Source: an uncultured delta proteobacterium (GTDB taxonomy: Bacteria; Desulfobacterota; Desulfomonilia; UBA1062). From it: a stretch of DNA of 64,000 nt. Of this stretch, positions 44,758 to 63,941 are shown piece by piece; within the stretch, counting starts at the first letter, position 1; the number at the start of each line of letters is the position of its first letter. The stretch lies in assembly GCA_963785235.1 (NCBI GenBank), contig CAWAUM010000003.1, positions 96,001 to 160,000 of the forward strand, read 5' to 3'. A program made the translations under genes and the position numbers. Below the pieces are notes generated by a model that worked only from the letters and a program-made list of their open reading frames with translations, searched no databases and was not told the origin of the DNA.

Positions 44758-45387
44758 TTAACCCTCTTGCTTCCTCAATATAACGAGCTGTCCCTTGCTA
44801 CCGGGGACTGCCCCACGGATAGCGATCATGTTCTTATCTTCCAAGATGTCAATAACTCTCAAGCCCTTCGTCGTGACTTGTTTGCAACCCATATGCCCGG
44901 GCATCTTCTTGTTCTTGGTAACCTTGCCCGGCGAGGTGTTGGTGCCGATGGACCCTGTTTCGTTCAGGATGAGCGAGCCATGGCTGGCCGGCAGACCGCC
45001 GAAACCGTGCCTGCGGATAACGTTGGCAAAGCCCTTTCCCTTGGAGATACCGGTGATCTTGATCTTCTCGCCCTTGGCGAATACTTCGCTCGCCTTGATC
45101 TCCTGGCCTTCTTCCACGGCACTCACATCATCACATGGCACTTCGCGCAGGTTATAGAAAAAACCCTTGCCGGCCTTTTCCTGGTGGCCTTTATCCGGCT
45201 TGCTGACGCGCGATTCCTTCTTTTGGCCAAAGCCGAGCTGCAGCGCATCGTAGCCGTCTCTGTCCTTGAACTTCTTCTGGACAACATAGCATGGCCCCAC
45301 CTGAATGAGCGTTACCGGCACCACATCCCCGTTCTCATTGAACACCTGGGTCATGCCAAGCTTTTTTCCAATTATACCCTTGATCAT
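44758..45387 (-). CDS. rplC: 50S ribosomal protein L3
   Basis: GKKLGMTQ, SKGKGF, KMPGHMG. Confidence 0.97.
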   Translation of the reverse strand: MIKGIIGKKLGMTQVFNENGDVVPVTLIQVGPCYVVQKKFKDRDGYDALQLGFGQKKESRVSKPDKGHQEKAGKGFFYNLREVPCDDVSAVEEGQEIKASEVFAKGEKIKITGISKGKGFANVIRRHGFGGLPASHGSLILNETGSIGTNTSPGKVTKNKKMPGHMGCKQVTTKGLRVIDILEDKNMIAIRGAVPGSKGQLVILRKQEG

Positions 45388-45405
45388 GGCTGTCTCCACA
45401 AAGCT

Positions 45406-45714
45406 TTAGAGCTTGATCTCTACATCCACCCCGGCAGAGAGATCCAGTTTCATCAAAGAGTCTACGGTCTGCTGGGTGGGGTCAATAATGTCCAGGAGAC
45501 GCTTAAAGGTTCGAATCTCAAACTGGTCCCTTGATTTCTTGTCAACGTGAGGAGACCTGAGGACACAATACTTCTCGATCTTGGTGGGTAAAGGGATCGG
45601 ACCGGCCACGTGGGCGCCTGTCCTTCTGGCTGCATCAACAATCTCCTGAACGGACTGGTCGATAAGCTTGTGGTCATATCCTTTCAGTCGTATGCGAATC
45701 CTTTGTGTCTCCAT
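45406..45714 (-). CDS. rpsJ: 30S ribosomal protein S10
   Basis: [17 protein letters not shown]. Confidence 0.98.
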   Translation of the reverse strand: METQRIRIRLKGYDHKLIDQSVQEIVDAARRTGAHVAGPIPLPTKIEKYCVLRSPHVDKKSRDQFEIRTFKRLLDIIDPTQQTVDSLMKLDLSAGVDVEIKL

Positions 45715-45753
45715 GCTTTTTATACTCCTGTTTTCTTCTGGGTAAGCCCTTTA

Positions 45754-46942
<1,189 letters not shown>

Positions 46943-46950
<8 letters not shown>

Positions 46951-49027
46951 TGAGCTGTCCTCCTTTAACTTTTAAGGTCTCGGAGATGCTGCTCGGCACC
47001 GGCTCATAATGGGATACCTGCATGGTAAAGGTAGCACGGCCCTGGGTGAGTGAGCGTATGGATGTTGCGTAGCCGAACATCTCTGCCAGCGGGACTTGGG
47101 CAGCCACCACCCTCACATCAGAGCGGGTGTCCATCCCGAGCACCTTACCTCTCCTTGAAGAGAGGTCACTTATCACGTCTCCGACATAATCCACCGGGCA
47201 GACCGACTCAACGTCCATGATGGGTTCGAGCAAAATGGGGCCTGCCTTTTTCACTGCGTTCTTGAATGCCATGGAGCCTGCGATCTTGAAGGCGAGCTCG
47301 GAGGAATCCACCTCGTGGAACGATCCGTCCAGCAAGGAGACCCGCATATCCTGCAAAGGGTAGCCTGCAATGGGTCCGATATGCAGCGCCTCTTCGATCC
47401 CCTTCTTCACGGCAGGTATGTATTCCCGTGGTATCACGCCGCCGACGATCTTATTCACAAATTCAAAACCGGATGCCGGCTCCAAGGGCTCCACGGAGAT
47501 GACCACGTGTGCGTACTGGCCATGGCCGCCGGTCTGCTTGACGTATTTTACGTTTTCGGAGACAGTCTTGCTGATGGTCTCGCGGTATGCAACCTGCGGC
47601 TTGCCCACATTGGCATCCACGCTGAATTCCCGTCTCAGCCTGTCCACTATGATCTCAAGATGCAGCTCGCCCATACCGGAGATGAGCGTGTCGCCCGTCT
47701 CGTGGTTGGACTGCACCCTGAAGGAAGGGTCTTCCATTGCAAGCCTGGACAGGGCAAACCCCAGGCGTTCCTGGTCTGTTTTGCTCTTGGGCTCTATGGC
47801 AACGGAAATGACGGGATCGGGGAAGTCCATGGACTCCAGGATTATGGGCCTGTCGGGATCGCACAGGCTATGGCCCGTGATGGTGTTTTTCAGCCCGAGC
47901 ACTGCGGCGATCTCACCCGCACAGAGGGTCTTGATCTCCTCGCGCTTATCCGCATACATGCGCACGAGCCTGCCGATACGCTCTTTCTTGGTGGTAGAGC
48001 AGTTGTAGATGGTATCACCGGAATTGAGCACACCGGAATATACGCGGATAAAGGTGAGCTGGCCTACGTACGGGTCGTTCATAACCTTGAAAGCCAGGGC
48101 GGCAAAGGATTCGTCATCCCTGGGATTGCGGCTCTCTTCCTCCCCGTTCAAGGTCTTGCCCTTGATGGCACCGACCTCTACCGGGGAAGGCAGATAGTCA
48201 ACGACCGCATCCAGCATGGGCTGCACGCCCTTGTTCTTGAAGGCGGACCCGCACAGGACCGGCGTGACCAGACCCAGCAGGGTGCCCTTCTTGATGGCTA
48301 TCTTGATGGCGTCCTTGGCGATCTCTTTGCCGGCCAGGTACCCCTCCATGATGCCTTCATCCACATCGCACAGCGATTCGATGAGGCGCTCGCGGTACTC
48401 CTCGGCTATGTCTTTAAACAAGGGAGGTATCTCAATAAAGTTATAGCTTGCACCCTTGCTGGATTCTTCAAAGGTGACGGCCTTCATCTCTACCAGGTCC
48501 ACGACACCGGAAAAGGTCTCTTCGGCACCCATGGGAAGCTGCAGCGCAATGGGTCTGGCGCCAAGCTTGTCCTTGATCTGTCCTACAACCTTCAGGAAAT
48601 CCGCGCCCGTGCGGTCCATCTTGTTGACAAAGGCGAGCCTGGGCACCTTATAGCGCTCAGCCTGCCTCCAGACCGTCTCTGACTGAGGCTCAACGCCTCC
48701 AACGGCGCAAAATACCGCCACGGCTCCGTCAAGAACCCGTAAAGACCGTTCTACCTCAATAGTGAAGTCCACATGGCCGGGCGTATCGATGATGTTGATG
48801 ATATGATCTTTCCAGAAACAGGTGGTTGCGGCGGACGTGATGGTGATGCCGCGCTCTTTTTCCTGCTCCATCCAGTCCATGGTGGCCTGGCCGTCATGCA
48901 CCTCGCCGATCTTGTAGCTCCGCCCCGTATAGAAAAGGATACGCTCGGTAGTCGTAGTTTTGCCCGCATCGATATGGGCCATGATACCGATGTTCCTGAG
49001 TCTTTCTATCGGAACTGATCTTTTCAC
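46943..49027 (-). CDS. fusA: Elongation factor G
   Basis: [21 protein letters not shown]. Confidence 0.99.
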
Positions 49028-49038
49028 CGTTATATTCC

Positions 49039-49512
49039 TTACCAGCGATAATGAGCAAACGCCTTGTTGGCCTCCGCCATCTTATGCGTGTCTTCTTTCT
49101 TTTTAATGGAAGTTCCCCTGTTGTTGTACGCATCGAGGATCTCGGCGGCCAGTCGTTCGCTCATGGTGTGCTCCGAGCGCTCGCGTGCTGCGTTGATGAT
49201 CCAGCGGCGTGCCAGCATGTCTCTCCGGTCGGGCCTTACCTCCTGTGGTACCTGGTACGTGGCGCCGCCGATCCTGCGGGACTTGACCTCAAGGGAGGGC
49301 TTTATATTGTCAAACCCCTTATTAAAGACCGTCAGCGCGTCTTCCTTGGTTCTGGCGGCAAGTATATCGAGAGTCTCGTAGAAGACTATCTCACTCACGG
49401 ACTTCTTGCCGTCCCACATGAGGCAGTTGATGAACTTGGCTACGTTCAGGTCGCCGAACTTTGGGTCCGGTGCGATGTTTCTCTTAAGGTTTCCTCTGTT
49501 TTTCCTCGGCAT
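49039..49512 (-). CDS. rpsG: 30S ribosomal protein S7
   Basis: [21 protein letters not shown]. Confidence 0.98.
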   Translation of the reverse strand: MPRKNRGNLKRNIAPDPKFGDLNVAKFINCLMWDGKKSVSEIVFYETLDILAARTKEDALTVFNKGFDNIKPSLEVKSRRIGGATYQVPQEVRPDRRDMLARRWIINAARERSEHTMSERLAAEILDAYNNRGTSIKKKEDTHKMAEANKAFAHYRW

Positions 49513-49522
49513 GGCAGTTCCT

Positions 49523-49894
49523 CTACTTCGGTCTCTTCGTGCCGTATTTGGACCGGGCCTTACGGCGTTCGGATACGCCTTCGGAGTCCATTACGCCACG
49601 GACAATGTGATAGCGAACACCGGGAAGGTCTTTGACACGACCGCCCCTGATCAGCACCACCGAGTGTTCCTGCAGGTTGTGCCCCTCACCCGGGATGTAC
49701 GAGGTCACTTCATAGCCATTGGTAAGGCGCACACGGGCAACCTTCCTCAGGGCTGAATTGGGCTTCTTCGGCGTGGTGGTGTACACCCTCACGCATACGC
49801 CCCTCTTCTGGGGGCATGCCTGAAGGGCCCTCGTCTTCTGCCTCTTCTCGATGGTCTTTCTGCCTTTCCTCACAAGCTGATTCAGTGTGGGCAT
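49523..49894 (-). CDS. rpsL: 30S ribosomal protein S12
   Basis: [17 protein letters not shown]. Confidence 0.99.
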   Translation of the reverse strand: MPTLNQLVRKGRKTIEKRQKTRALQACPQKRGVCVRVYTTTPKKPNSALRKVARVRLTNGYEVTSYIPGEGHNLQEHSVVLIRGGRVKDLPGVRYHIVRGVMDSEGVSERRKARSKYGTKRPK

Positions 49895-50004
49895 TGCTTT
49901 TATCCTTTTTATTTCATCAATAGGAAATAATAAAATTTTCCTTAATCCGTGCTCGGATAGCCGCAGTCTTCTAACAATCCATACCTCTATCTGTCAAGGA
50001 CTTT

Positions 50005-54337
<4,333 letters not shown>

Positions 54338-54349
54338 TGTTATCTCCCC

Positions 54350-57300
54350 TTAGTGTTGGCCCTGACCCTCGATCAACGAGATGTCCAAGCCTAAGCTCTT
54401 GAGTTCTCTGGTGAGAACGTTGAATGACTCGGGTATTCCGGGCTCCAGCTCGTGCTGTCCCTTGACGATGGATTCGTACATCCTGGTCCTGCCGGCCACG
54501 TCGTCGGACTTGACCGTGAGGAATTCCTGCAGGGAATACGCTGCCCCGTAGGCCTCGATTGCCCAGACCTCCATCTCTCCCAGGCGCTGACCACCGAACT
54601 GCGCCTTGCCGCCGAGCGGCTGCTGGGTGACCAGCGAGTAGGGGCCGATGGACCGTGCATGGATCTTGTCATCCACCAGGTGATGCAGTTTGAGCATGTA
54701 CATGATGCCTACCGTCACCTTGCTGTCAAAGGCCTCTCCGGACCTTCCGTCGTACAGGGTGACACGGCCGCTGTCGGCGGCGCCGGAGAACTTGAGCATG
54801 CCCGCGATATCGGCCTCGGTTGCGCTGTCGAACACCGGTACCGCTACGGTCAGGCCGTTTTCCCTGATCTTGCCGGCAAGCTCCAGAAGATCCTCGCGGG
54901 AGCACTTTTCAATGATCCTGCTGATCTTCTTTGAAGCGTACACCTTCTTGAGCATGGACTTGAGTTCTTCGTCCGGGAATTTTTCTTCCACCATTTTATT
55001 AATGAGCTTGCCTATGCCGTGCATGGCCCAGCCAAGGTGGGTCTCCAGCAGCTGGCCCACATTCATGCGCGAAGGGACGCCCAACGGATTGAGCACGATG
55101 TCCACCGGGCTTCCATCGTCAAAGAAGGGCATGTCTTCCTCGGGCAGTATGCGCGAGATTACACCCTTGTTGCCGTGGCGGCCCGCCATCTTGTCACCCA
55201 CCGATAGCTTGCGCTTGATTGCGACATAGACCTTCACCATCTTGTTCACACCAGGCGGCAGATCGTCGCCGGCGGAGAGTTTCTCGATCTTGCCGTCATA
55301 GAAGTCCAGGATAAGCTTCTTCTGGTGGTCGATACGCGAAATGACCTTCTCGATCTCCTGCTCCACATCCTCGCTGTCTGCGACCCGGATGTCCTTGAAG
55401 TCGTCGATCCTGAGCTGGTCAAGCATTTCCTTGGTGACGTGGCTGCCCTTCTTGGCGATGATGACGTCGCCCAGGTGGGAGAGCATGGGTGCTGAGAGCT
55501 TCTTGCCCACAAGCAGGTCTTCAAGTCTTGCCCGGCCGCCTTCCATGATGATGGCCATCTCGTCTTCCTGGTCTTTTCTGAGCTGCTCGATCTCGGTCTG
55601 CTCTATCTGGAGGGTCCGTTCATCCTTTTCCTGGCCGCGCCGGTTGAAGACCCGCGCGTCGATGATGGTGCCTTCGATGCCCGGCGGTACGCGCAGAGAA
55701 CTGTCCTTCACCTCGCTTGCCTTCTCACCGAAAATGGCGCGGAGCAGCTTCTCCTCGGGCGAAAGCTGGGTCTCACCCTTGGGGGTGACCTTGCCCACAA
55801 GGATAAACCCTGGTTTTACCTCGGCGCCGATGCGGATGATGCCCGAGTCGTCGAGGTCTTTGAGCGCCTCTTCGCCGGCATTGGGGATGTCACGGGTGAT
55901 CTCTTCGCAGCCCAGCTTAACGTCACGGGCCATAACCTCGAATTCCTCGATATGCACCGAGGTGTAGAAGTCTTCTTTAACCACGCGTTCGCTGATAAGG
56001 ATGGCGTCTTCATAATTATAGCCGCCCCATGGCATAAAGGCCACGATGAGGTTCCTGCCGAGCGCCAGCTCGCCGCTTCTGGTAGCGGGCCCATCGGCGA
56101 TGATCTCGTTCCTGGCCACGTGCTGGCCCTTGTGAACGATAGGCTTCTGATTGAATGATGTGTTCTGATTGGCGCGTTTGAACTTGGTGAGCCGGTAGAT
56201 GTCGATGCCGGTGTCTTCCCGGTCCTTGCCCATGGAGTCGGCCTTGAGAACGATACGCTGAGAGTCCACATCCTGTACTGTCCCCGGCCTGTGGGCAACC
56301 ACGCACACACCCGAGTCCCTTGCCACGAGCTGTTCCATTCCTGTTCCCACCACCGGGGGCATGGAGAAGAGCAACGGCACTGCCTGGCGCTGCATGTTGG
56401 AACCCATGAGTGCCCTGTTGGCATCGTCGTGTTCCAGAAACGGGATAAGGTTTGCAGAAACGCTAAAGAGCTGGTTGGTCGCCACATCCATAAAGGTGAC
56501 CTGGGAACGTGAGACGATGCTGTACTGACCGTTACGGACCCTTACCCGCACCAGATCGGCAATGATCTTGGAATCCTCATCCAAGGGCTCGGTGGCCTGG
56601 ACGATGACCTGCTCATCTTCTGCAATAGCGCTCAAGTAGCGGATTTCGTCGGTTACCACGCCGTTCTTCACTATATAGTACGGTGTCTCGATAAACCCGA
56701 ACTCGTTCACGCGACCGTAGGTGGAAAGGGACACAATGAGGCCGATGTTCGGACCTTCAGGGGTCTCGATGGGGCATACGCGGCCGTAATGTGAGGGATG
56801 CACGTCTCGCACCTCGAATACGGCCCGCTCCCTGGTGAGGCCGCCGGGGCCCAAGGCCGAAAGTCTGCGCTTGTGGGTAATGGCGGACAGAGGATTGGTC
56901 TGGTCCATGAACTGGCTCAGCTGGCCGGAGCCGAAGAATTCGCGGATAACGGCCGAGACGGGCTTGGGGTTGATAAGGTTGTTGGGCATCATGGTCTCAA
57001 CGTCCTGGAGGCTCATGCGCTCTTTGATGGCGCGCTCCATACGGACCAGGCCGATACGGTACTGGTTCTCCAGGAGTTCGCCTACGGAGCGCACCCGGCG
57101 GTTGGACATATGGTCGATATCATCCACGGTCCTGCCGGCCATGCCGTCTCTGAGCTGCAGGAGGTACTTCACGGTGAACAGGATGTCCTCCTTGCGGAGC
57201 ACGGTAAAGTCAAGAGATGCCTCTTCTTCGCTGATACCAAGCTTCTGGTTGATCTTCATCCTGCCCACCCGGGAGAGATCATAATAGGAAGGGTTGAAGA

Positions 57301-58492
57301 ACAGATTGTCAAAGAAATGGGTTGCGATCTCGAGCGTGGGCGGATTAGAGGGACGCAGGCGGCGGTATATTTCAATGAGCGCCTCTTCGGGTGTGTCAAC
57401 CCTGTCCAGCGCCAGCGTCTTGCTCAGAGAACTGCTGTAGTTCATCTCATCGAAATAGATGGCCTTGATCTCTGTAATCCCGTGCTCATGGAGTTTCTCC
57501 AGGAGCTCCTCGGTGATCTCCTCGTTGGCGTCCACAATGATCTCGCCGGTTTCCATATTCACGATATCTTCAGCCAGGATCTTGCCGAACAGGTCGCTTT
57601 CTTCCATGACAATGGGCTCGAAGACCTTGTTCTTATATTTAGCGGCAGTCTTTGCCGAGACCTTCCGGCCTGCCTTTACCACCACCTCATCAGAGCCCAG
57701 AAGCTTGATGTCGAAGTCCACCTTCAGGCCCATGAGGCTTTCCATATCGATGTGCTTGTGGACCGCTTCACCTTCGAAGGTATACCGCTCCTTGGGGTAG
57801 TATATGGCCAGCACGTCCTGATTGGAAAATCCCATGGCCTTCATGAGCGTGGTGACCGGCATCTTTCTGCGGCGGTCGATCCTCAGATAGAGGATGGTCT
57901 TGGCGTCAAAGTCCAGGTCAAGCCAGGAACCCCGCGCAGGGATGATCCTTGCCGAGTAGAGGACGCTGCCGCCCGTTGCCGCCCGGGCAGTGGTCTTGTC
58001 AAAGAAGATGCCGGGCGAGCGGTGAAGCTGACTTACAATGACGCGCTCCGTGCCGTTAATGATAAAGGTGGAGCTCGGGGTCATGAGCGGGATCTCTCCG
58101 AAGTAGACTTCCTGCTCCTTGATGTCCCTGATGCTCTGTGTGCCGGTCTCTTCATCGCGGTCGTAGACAACAAGCCGCACCTTCAGATTCACAGGGGCGG
58201 AGTATGTCAGCCCTTTCTGAAGGCACTCATCCATGTCATACTTGGATTCACCCAGGCGGTATTCCACGAATTCCAAAGAGGCGTCCTCATTGAAATCCTT
58301 TATGGGGAATACGGATTTGAACACCTGCTGAAGACCTGCGATCTTCCTTTTTTCCGGCGGGACATCCTTTTGCAGAAAGGCTGCGTAGGACGTCTTCGGA
58401 AGTTCAACCAGATCGGGGATGTCCAGAACGGTCTGTCTCTTTCCGAAGTTTTTCCGCCTTAATTGGGGATTTAAAAGGATGCTTTCTATCAT
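54350..58492 (-). CDS. rpoB: RNA polymerase beta subunit
   Basis: [33 protein letters not shown]. Confidence 0.99.
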   Translation of the reverse strand: MIESILLNPQLRRKNFGKRQTVLDIPDLVELPKTSYAAFLQKDVPPEKRKIAGLQQVFKSVFPIKDFNEDASLEFVEYRLGESKYDMDECLQKGLTYSAPVNLKVRLVVYDRDEETGTQSIRDIKEQEVYFGEIPLMTPSSTFIINGTERVIVSQLHRSPGIFFDKTTARAATGGSVLYSARIIPARGSWLDLDFDAKTILYLRIDRRRKMPVTTLMKAMGFSNQDVLAIYYPKERYTFEGEAVHKHIDMESLMGLKVDFDIKLLGSDEVVVKAGRKVSAKTAAKYKNKVFEPIVMEESDLFGKILAEDIVNMETGEIIVDANEEITEELLEKLHEHGITEIKAIYFDEMNYSSSLSKTLALDRVDTPEEALIEIYRRLRPSNPPTLEIATHFFDNLFFNPSYYDLSRVGRMKINQKLGISEEEASLDFTVLRKEDILFTVKYLLQLRDGMAGRTVDDIDHMSNRRVRSVGELLENQYRIGLVRMERAIKERMSLQDVETMMPNNLINPKPVSAVIREFFGSGQLSQFMDQTNPLSAITHKRRLSALGPGGLTRERAVFEVRDVHPSHYGRVCPIETPEGPNIGLIVSLSTYGRVNEFGFIETPYYIVKNGVVTDEIRYLSAIAEDEQVIVQATEPLDEDSKIIADLVRVRVRNGQYSIVSRSQVTFMDVATNQLFSVSANLIPFLEHDDANRALMGSNMQRQAVPLLFSMPPVVGTGMEQLVARDSGVCVVAHRPGTVQDVDSQRIVLKADSMGKDREDTGIDIYRLTKFKRANQNTSFNQKPIVHKGQHVARNEIIADGPATRSGELALGRNLIVAFMPWGGYNYEDAILISERVVKEDFYTSVHIEEFEVMARDVKLGCEEITRDIPNAGEEALKDLDDSGIIRIGAEVKPGFILVGKVTPKGETQLSPEEKLLRAIFGEKASEVKDSSLRVPPGIEGTIIDARVFNRRGQEKDERTLQIEQTEIEQLRKDQEDEMAIIMEGGRARLEDLLVGKKLSAPMLSHLGDVIIAKKGSHVTKEMLDQLRIDDFKDIRVADSEDVEQEIEKVISRIDHQKKLILDFYDGKIEKLSAGDDLPPGVNKMVKVYVAIKRKLSVGDKMAGRHGNKGVISRILPEEDMPFFDDGSPVDIVLNPLGVPSRMNVGQLLETHLGWAMHGIGKLINKMVEEKFPDEELKSMLKKVYASKKISRIIEKCSREDLLELAGKIRENGLTVAVPVFDSATEADIAGMLKFSGAADSGRVTLYDGRSGEAFDSKVTVGIMYMLKLHHLVDDKIHARSIGPYSLVTQQPLGGKAQFGGQRLGEMEVWAIEAYGAAYSLQEFLTVKSDDVAGRTRMYESIVKGQHELEPGIPESFNVLTRELKSLGLDISLIEGQGQH

Positions 58493-58538
58493 CTTTTGGG
58501 TCTTCCTCTTTTAGTGAGTTGTGATTCCTACACTAGGC

Positions 58539-58578
58539 AAGAAAGGGGGACAGGCGGCGCCTTCCCCCCTGCTTTTCG
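58539..58578 (-). terminator. Putative intrinsic terminator/attenuator between rplL and rpoB
   Basis: Minus strand GGGGGA...TCCCCC stem followed by TTTCTT. Confidence 0.5.
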
Positions 58579-58599
58579 GTGTCCGATATTTATCTTACG

Positions 58600-58983
58600 T
58601 TACTTAATCTCTACGACAGCGCCTACTTCCTCAAGCTTCTTTTTGGCGTCTTCCGCGTCTTCTTTGGAGATACCCTCCTTGATTGTCTTGGGAGCTCCCT
58701 CAACCGCATCCTTGGCCTCTTTGAGCCCCAGGTCGGTGAGTGCACGCACAACCTTGATCACCTGTATCTTCTGCGGGCCCACATCCTTGAGAACCACATC
58801 AAAGGTGGTCTTCTCTTCGGCTGCTTCAACCGGCGCTGCTGCGCCCGGCATGGCCATCATGGCTACGGGAGCGGCAGCTGAAACACCAAACTTCTCTTCA
58901 AGCTCCTTGACGAATTCGGACAACTCGAGAACGGTCATGTTCTCGATAAATTTTATAACGTCTTCACGTGTGATCTGTGACAT
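58600..58983 (-). CDS. rplL: 50S ribosomal protein L7/L12
   Basis: [18 protein letters not shown]. Confidence 0.98.
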   Translation of the reverse strand: MSQITREDVIKFIENMTVLELSEFVKELEEKFGVSAAAPVAMMAMPGAAAPVEAAEEKTTFDVVLKDVGPQKIQVIKVVRALTDLGLKEAKDAVEGAPKTIKEGISKEDAEDAKKKLEEVGAVVEIK

Positions 58984-58985
58984 CT

Positions 58986-59510
58986 CTACTCTCCTTGACT
59001 CTTTTTGTTTTCAATTGCTTTCAGCACATGAACCAACTGGGAGACAATAGCCGACAGAACGCCCACAAAATTGGAAACCGGAGCGTTCATTGAGCTGAGC
59101 ATCCTAGCCAGCAGCACTTCCCTGGACGGCATCTTTGAGAGTTCCTGGATATCTGCTGCGGTAATAGCACGGTTCCCCAGCATACCTGCCTGGATCTCAA
59201 ATTTTTCGTTGTCTTTGGCGAAGTTCACCAGCGCCTTGGCAACGCCCACTGCATCGGTTTTTGCAATGGCGATGGCCGTGGGCCCGACGAAAAACTTCTC
59301 AATGCCCTTTGCAGGCGTTCCTTCGGTTGCCCTTCTGAGAAGGGTATTCTTTACAACCTGATAGGAACCTCCTACGCCTTTGATCTCTCTCCTGAGCTTG
59401 GTAATCCTTTCAACGGTCAGCCCCATGTAATCGGTTACGAAGACCGCCTGCGATTTTTCAAGCTCAGCGTGCAGTATCTGCACTAACTGTTCTTTTCCAT
59501 CCCTTTTCAA
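58986..59510 (-). CDS. rplJ: 50S ribosomal protein L10
   Basis: DYMGLTV, VVKNTL, GPTAIA; TTG start. Confidence 0.96.
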   Translation of the reverse strand: MKRDGKEQLVQILHAELEKSQAVFVTDYMGLTVERITKLRREIKGVGGSYQVVKNTLLRRATEGTPAKGIEKFFVGPTAIAIAKTDAVGVAKALVNFAKDNEKFEIQAGMLGNRAITAADIQELSKMPSREVLLARMLSSMNAPVSNFVGVLSAIVSQLVHVLKAIENKKSQGE

Positions 59511-59539
59511 TAAACACCTCACCCCTTTCTTTTTTAGAT

Positions 59540-59632
59540 TAATCCCGTCAAAGGGTGCCTATGAGATACCCGGATCTCGGCGGGAAAATTAAGCACATAG
59601 TTATTATGCGCCCCCGCTGTCTTTGACCAGGA
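59540..59632 (-). promoter_or_regulatory. Ribosomal protein L10 leader
   Basis: AAGACAGCGGG...CTTAA...CCCGCCGAGA pattern in the rplA-rplJ gap. Confidence 0.75.
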
Positions 59633-59637
59633 CTTAT

Positions 59638-60342
59638 TTACTTTATAAAGCTCGAAATCTCGGACGGATCAATCCTTACACCCGGACCCATGGTGGAAGA
59701 TACGGCCACGCCCTTGACATACGTCCCCTTGGAACCCGACGGTTTGAGTTTCATGATCATCTCAAGCAGGACCTTCAGGTTGTCAAGGAGCTTATCCAGG
59801 CCAAAGGATACCTTGCCCACGCTACAGTGAACGATGCCCACCTTGTCGACGCGAAAGTCCACCCTGCCCGCCTTCATGTCGGACACGGCCTTGGCCACGT
59901 CAAAGGTGACGGTGCCCAGCTTGGGGTTCGGCATCATGCCGCGAGGGCCTAAAACCTTGCCCAGCTTGCCCACAGTGCCCATCATGTCAGGCGTAGCGAT
60001 GACCTTGTCGAAATCGAGCCAGCCGCCCTGTATCTTCTCGGCGATGTCCTCGGCCCCCACATGGTCCGCTCCGGCATCCATGGCCTCTTTTTCCTTCTCG
60101 CCCTTGGCGAATACAAGGACCCGGGTGGTCTTTCCCGTACCATGCGGAAGAACCACAGAGCCTCTCACCATCTGATCAGCATGCCTGGGGTCGACACCAA
60201 GCCTTAATGCCACATCGACACTCTCGTCAAACTTGGCAAAGGCATTGTCGATCACCAGGGTAACTGCGTCAGTCAGTACGTATTTCTTCTGAGGGTCTAC
60301 CTTGTTTCTAGCCTCAGCAAATTTCTTGCCACACCTCGCCAT
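59638..60342 (-). CDS. rplA: 50S ribosomal protein L1
   Basis: [24 protein letters not shown]. Confidence 0.98.
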   Translation of the reverse strand: MARCGKKFAEARNKVDPQKKYVLTDAVTLVIDNAFAKFDESVDVALRLGVDPRHADQMVRGSVVLPHGTGKTTRVLVFAKGEKEKEAMDAGADHVGAEDIAEKIQGGWLDFDKVIATPDMMGTVGKLGKVLGPRGMMPNPKLGTVTFDVAKAVSDMKAGRVDFRVDKVGIVHCSVGKVSFGLDKLLDNLKVLLEMIMKLKPSGSKGTYVKGVAVSSTMGPGVRIDPSEISSFIK

Positions 60343-60356
60343 AGCGTGCATCTCCT

Positions 60357-60782
60357 TCAGTCAACAATCTCTATTCCCATGCTGCGGGCAGTGCCGGCAA
60401 TGATGTTGACGGCATTGTCCATGTCCTCCGCATTGAGGTCATTCATCTTCTGTTTCGCGATTTCCATCAACTGGTCTCTGGTGACTTTACCCACCATGTC
60501 CTTGTTGGGGACCGCTGATCCCTTCTCGATTCCCGCGGCCTTGATAAGCAGTGTCGAAGCCGGCGGGCTCTTGGTGATAAAGCTGAACGAGCGATCTGCA
60601 AAAACCGAGATCTCCACGGGAATCTTGTATCCTCGCTGCTTATCCGTGGCTGCATTGAATGCCTTGCAGAACTCCATAATGTTCACCCCGTGCTGACCCA
60701 GTGCAGGTCCTACGGGAGGCGACGGCTTGGCCTCGCCTGCGGGAATATGAATCTTAATCTTTGCCAGTAGTTTCTTTGCCAT
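60357..60782 (-). CDS. rplK: 50S ribosomal protein L11
   Basis: [15 protein letters not shown]. Confidence 0.98.
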   Translation of the reverse strand: MAKKLLAKIKIHIPAGEAKPSPPVGPALGQHGVNIMEFCKAFNAATDKQRGYKIPVEISVFADRSFSFITKSPPASTLLIKAAGIEKGSAVPNKDMVGKVTRDQLMEIAKQKMNDLNAEDMDNAVNIIAGTARSMGIEIVD

Positions 60783-60799
60783 ATGTTACCTCTAAAGGT

Positions 60800-61345
60800 C
60801 TATTTCTTGGTTATCTGGTCGAAGCTGAGCTCCACGGGCGTCGAACGTCCGAATATGCTCACGAGCACACGTACCTTGCCCTTGTCGGGCTTGCAGTCAT
60901 CCACAACACCGCTGAAGTTCTGGAACGGTCCTTCATTGACGATCACCTGGTCCCCAACGGAAAATTCACACCGTAAGGTCTGTGACTCCATGCCTTCTTC
61001 GAGCTGAGATCGTAAAGTCTCCACCTCCGAGTCCGGGATGGTGGACGGGGTGATCCTCCCGCCGACGAAGCCTGTTACCTTGGGCGTACTCATGACCACA
61101 TGCCAGGTCTTGTCGGTCAGGGCCATCCTGACCAGAATATACCCGGGGAAGTACTTCCTGGCCGAGGTCTTTTTCTTGCCCGGGGCAGTCGACTTCTTGA
61201 TCTGCTCCGATGGCACGAGGATACCGGAAAAATAATCCTCGCAATCGTAAGCCTTTATGCGTTCCTCAAGGGACAATTTCGCCTTGTGCTCGTAATTGGA
61301 GTGGGTGTGTACCACGTACCACTTGTGTTCCAACTGCTCGTCCAT
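60800..61345 (-). CDS. nusG: Transcription factor NusG
   Basis: WYVVHT, FPGYI, VTGFVG, FGRSTPVEL. Confidence 0.97.
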   Translation of the reverse strand: MDEQLEHKWYVVHTHSNYEHKAKLSLEERIKAYDCEDYFSGILVPSEQIKKSTAPGKKKTSARKYFPGYILVRMALTDKTWHVVMSTPKVTGFVGGRITPSTIPDSEVETLRSQLEEGMESQTLRCEFSVGDQVIVNEGPFQNFSGVVDDCKPDKGKVRVLVSIFGRSTPVELSFDQITKK

Positions 61346-61350
61346 GTTCT

Positions 61351-61563
61351 TTACCCGAGCCCCAATAAGAGCTTGACCACCTGGGACAGGCCTGCGTCGA
61401 TAACCGAGAGGAACACCGATATGATTATACTCAAGATAATCACGGCAATTGTCCCGCTCATGACCTGTTTCCTGCCGGACCAGGTGACCTTCTTCAATTC
61501 GGCCTTGATCTCCTTGAAGAACTGTTTGACCGTCATGATCACCGCTACTTTATCGTTTTCCAT
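61351..61563 (-). CDS. secE: Preprotein translocase SecE
   Basis: ELKKVTW plus a single TM helix. Confidence 0.93.
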   Translation of the reverse strand: MENDKVAVIMTVKQFFKEIKAELKKVTWSGRKQVMSGTIAVIILSIIISVFLSVIDAGLSQVVKLLLGLG

Positions 61564-61583
61564 ACCTTCCTTACCAACTCAAT

Positions 61584-61660
61584 TGGCAGGCCAGGAGGGA
61601 CTCGAACCCCCAGCATCCGGATTTGGAGTCCGGCGCTCTACCAATTAGAGCTACTGGCCT
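61584..61660 (-). tRNA. tRNA-Trp (CCA)
   Basis: Cloverleaf, anticodon CCA, GTTCGAG T-loop, 3' CCA. Confidence 0.96.
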
Positions 61661-61670
61661 GCATTTATTT

Positions 61671-61820
61671 TTACTTTGTCTCTTTGTGGAGTGTGTGAAT
61701 CCTGCAAGAAGGACAGTACTTCTTCAACTCCAACTTGTCCGTAGTCTTCTTCTTGTTCCGTGTGGACATATAATTACGTCTCTTGCAATCGGAACACGCC
61801 ATCGTAATGATATCTCTCAT
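61671..61820 (-). CDS. rpmG: 50S ribosomal protein L33 (zinc-binding)
   Basis: Hand translation [17 protein letters not shown]...[17 protein letters not shown]. Confidence 0.95.
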   Translation of the reverse strand: MRDIITMACSDCKRRNYMSTRNKKKTTDKLELKKYCPSCRIHTLHKETK

Positions 61821-61832
61821 GGATGTCTACCC

Positions 61833-63029
<1,197 letters not shown>

Positions 63030-63076
63030 GTACTTCCCCCTTATGTAATATTTTTTCTCCGCACAAGCCCTAAAGG

Positions 63077-63154
<78 letters not shown>

Positions 63155-63181
63155 ATGTCTCCACATAATTAAGAGGGGATA

Positions 63182-63258
63182 TGGAGCGGGAAACGGGATT
63201 CGAACCCGCGACCCTCAGCTTGGAAGGCTGACGCTCTAGCCAACTGAGCTACTCCCGC
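63182..63258 (-). tRNA. tRNA-Gly (TCC)
   Basis: GCGGGAG...TCAGC-CTTCCAA-GCTGA...CCA. Confidence 0.96.
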
Positions 63259-63318
63259 ATCACTTTTTTAGGATTGTGCAGTCTTACGACTCACGTCTCC
63301 TGCAATCCCTCATACTTA

Positions 63319-63403
63319 TGGTGGAGGGGGGAGGATTCGAACCTCCGAAGGCTTCGCCGACAGATTTACAGTCTGTTCCCTTTGGCCGCTCGGGAACCCC
63401 TCC
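63319..63403 (-). tRNA. tRNA-Tyr (GTA)
   Basis: GACTGTAAATC anticodon arm, long variable arm, CCA. Confidence 0.96.
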
Positions 63404-63417
63404 CAATGTCTCTTTTG

Positions 63418-63493
63418 TGGAGCTGGAGATGGGACTCGAACCCGCAACCTGCTGATTACAAATCAGCTGCTCTACCGATTGAGCTACTCCAGC
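63418..63493 (-). tRNA. tRNA-Thr (TGT)
   Basis: GCTGA-TTTGTAA-TCAGC, GTTCGAG, CCA. Confidence 0.96.
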
Positions 63494-63771
63494 CTTTCTT
63501 GGCGCACCCATAGCTTGCGCACCAGGAGTCTGTATCTCAATGGTCAGGGAAAAGTCAAGGGGCAAATAGACACCTGAAAATTATTTTTTCATGAATCATT
63601 TCGGGCAACCATTGACCGTGAAATCTGCGTTTAGATATTTTTATAATCGCTGGAATGTTTGTCTTTAAGGTGTTGTTTTTGAAACCTTACAGATGAACAA
63701 CTCCAGGTTACACTTGCAGTTGTATAACAATGAACTCCCTGAAGACTTCGTTGCGAGTGAGAAAAACCTTA

Positions 63772-63845
63772 CCTGTTAAAATCATGCATCTCGGTGAAGC
63801 TGAGATGCATGATTTTAACAGGCCAATTTTTTTGGTTTGCATCTT
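63772..63845. repeat. Dispersed palindrome copy C with inverted loop TGAAG
   Basis: CCTGTTAAAATCATGCATCTCGG-TGAAG-CTGAGATGCATGATTTTAACAGG then CCAATTTTTTTGGTTTGCATCT. Confidence 0.92.
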
Positions 63846-63941
63846 AAGAATGTTATTTGTGCTAATAATCTTTAATCGTTGACCACATCTCTCCCTACTG
63901 ATTGTTGACCCTCCATACCCCCTGTGTTAACAAGATTTCCC

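Noticed and set aside
56798-58462. Long plus-strand ORFs opposite rpoB, and similarly opposite fusA, tuf, rplB and htpG
   Set aside because: Antisense shadows caused by codon bias; no recognisable motifs or RBS.
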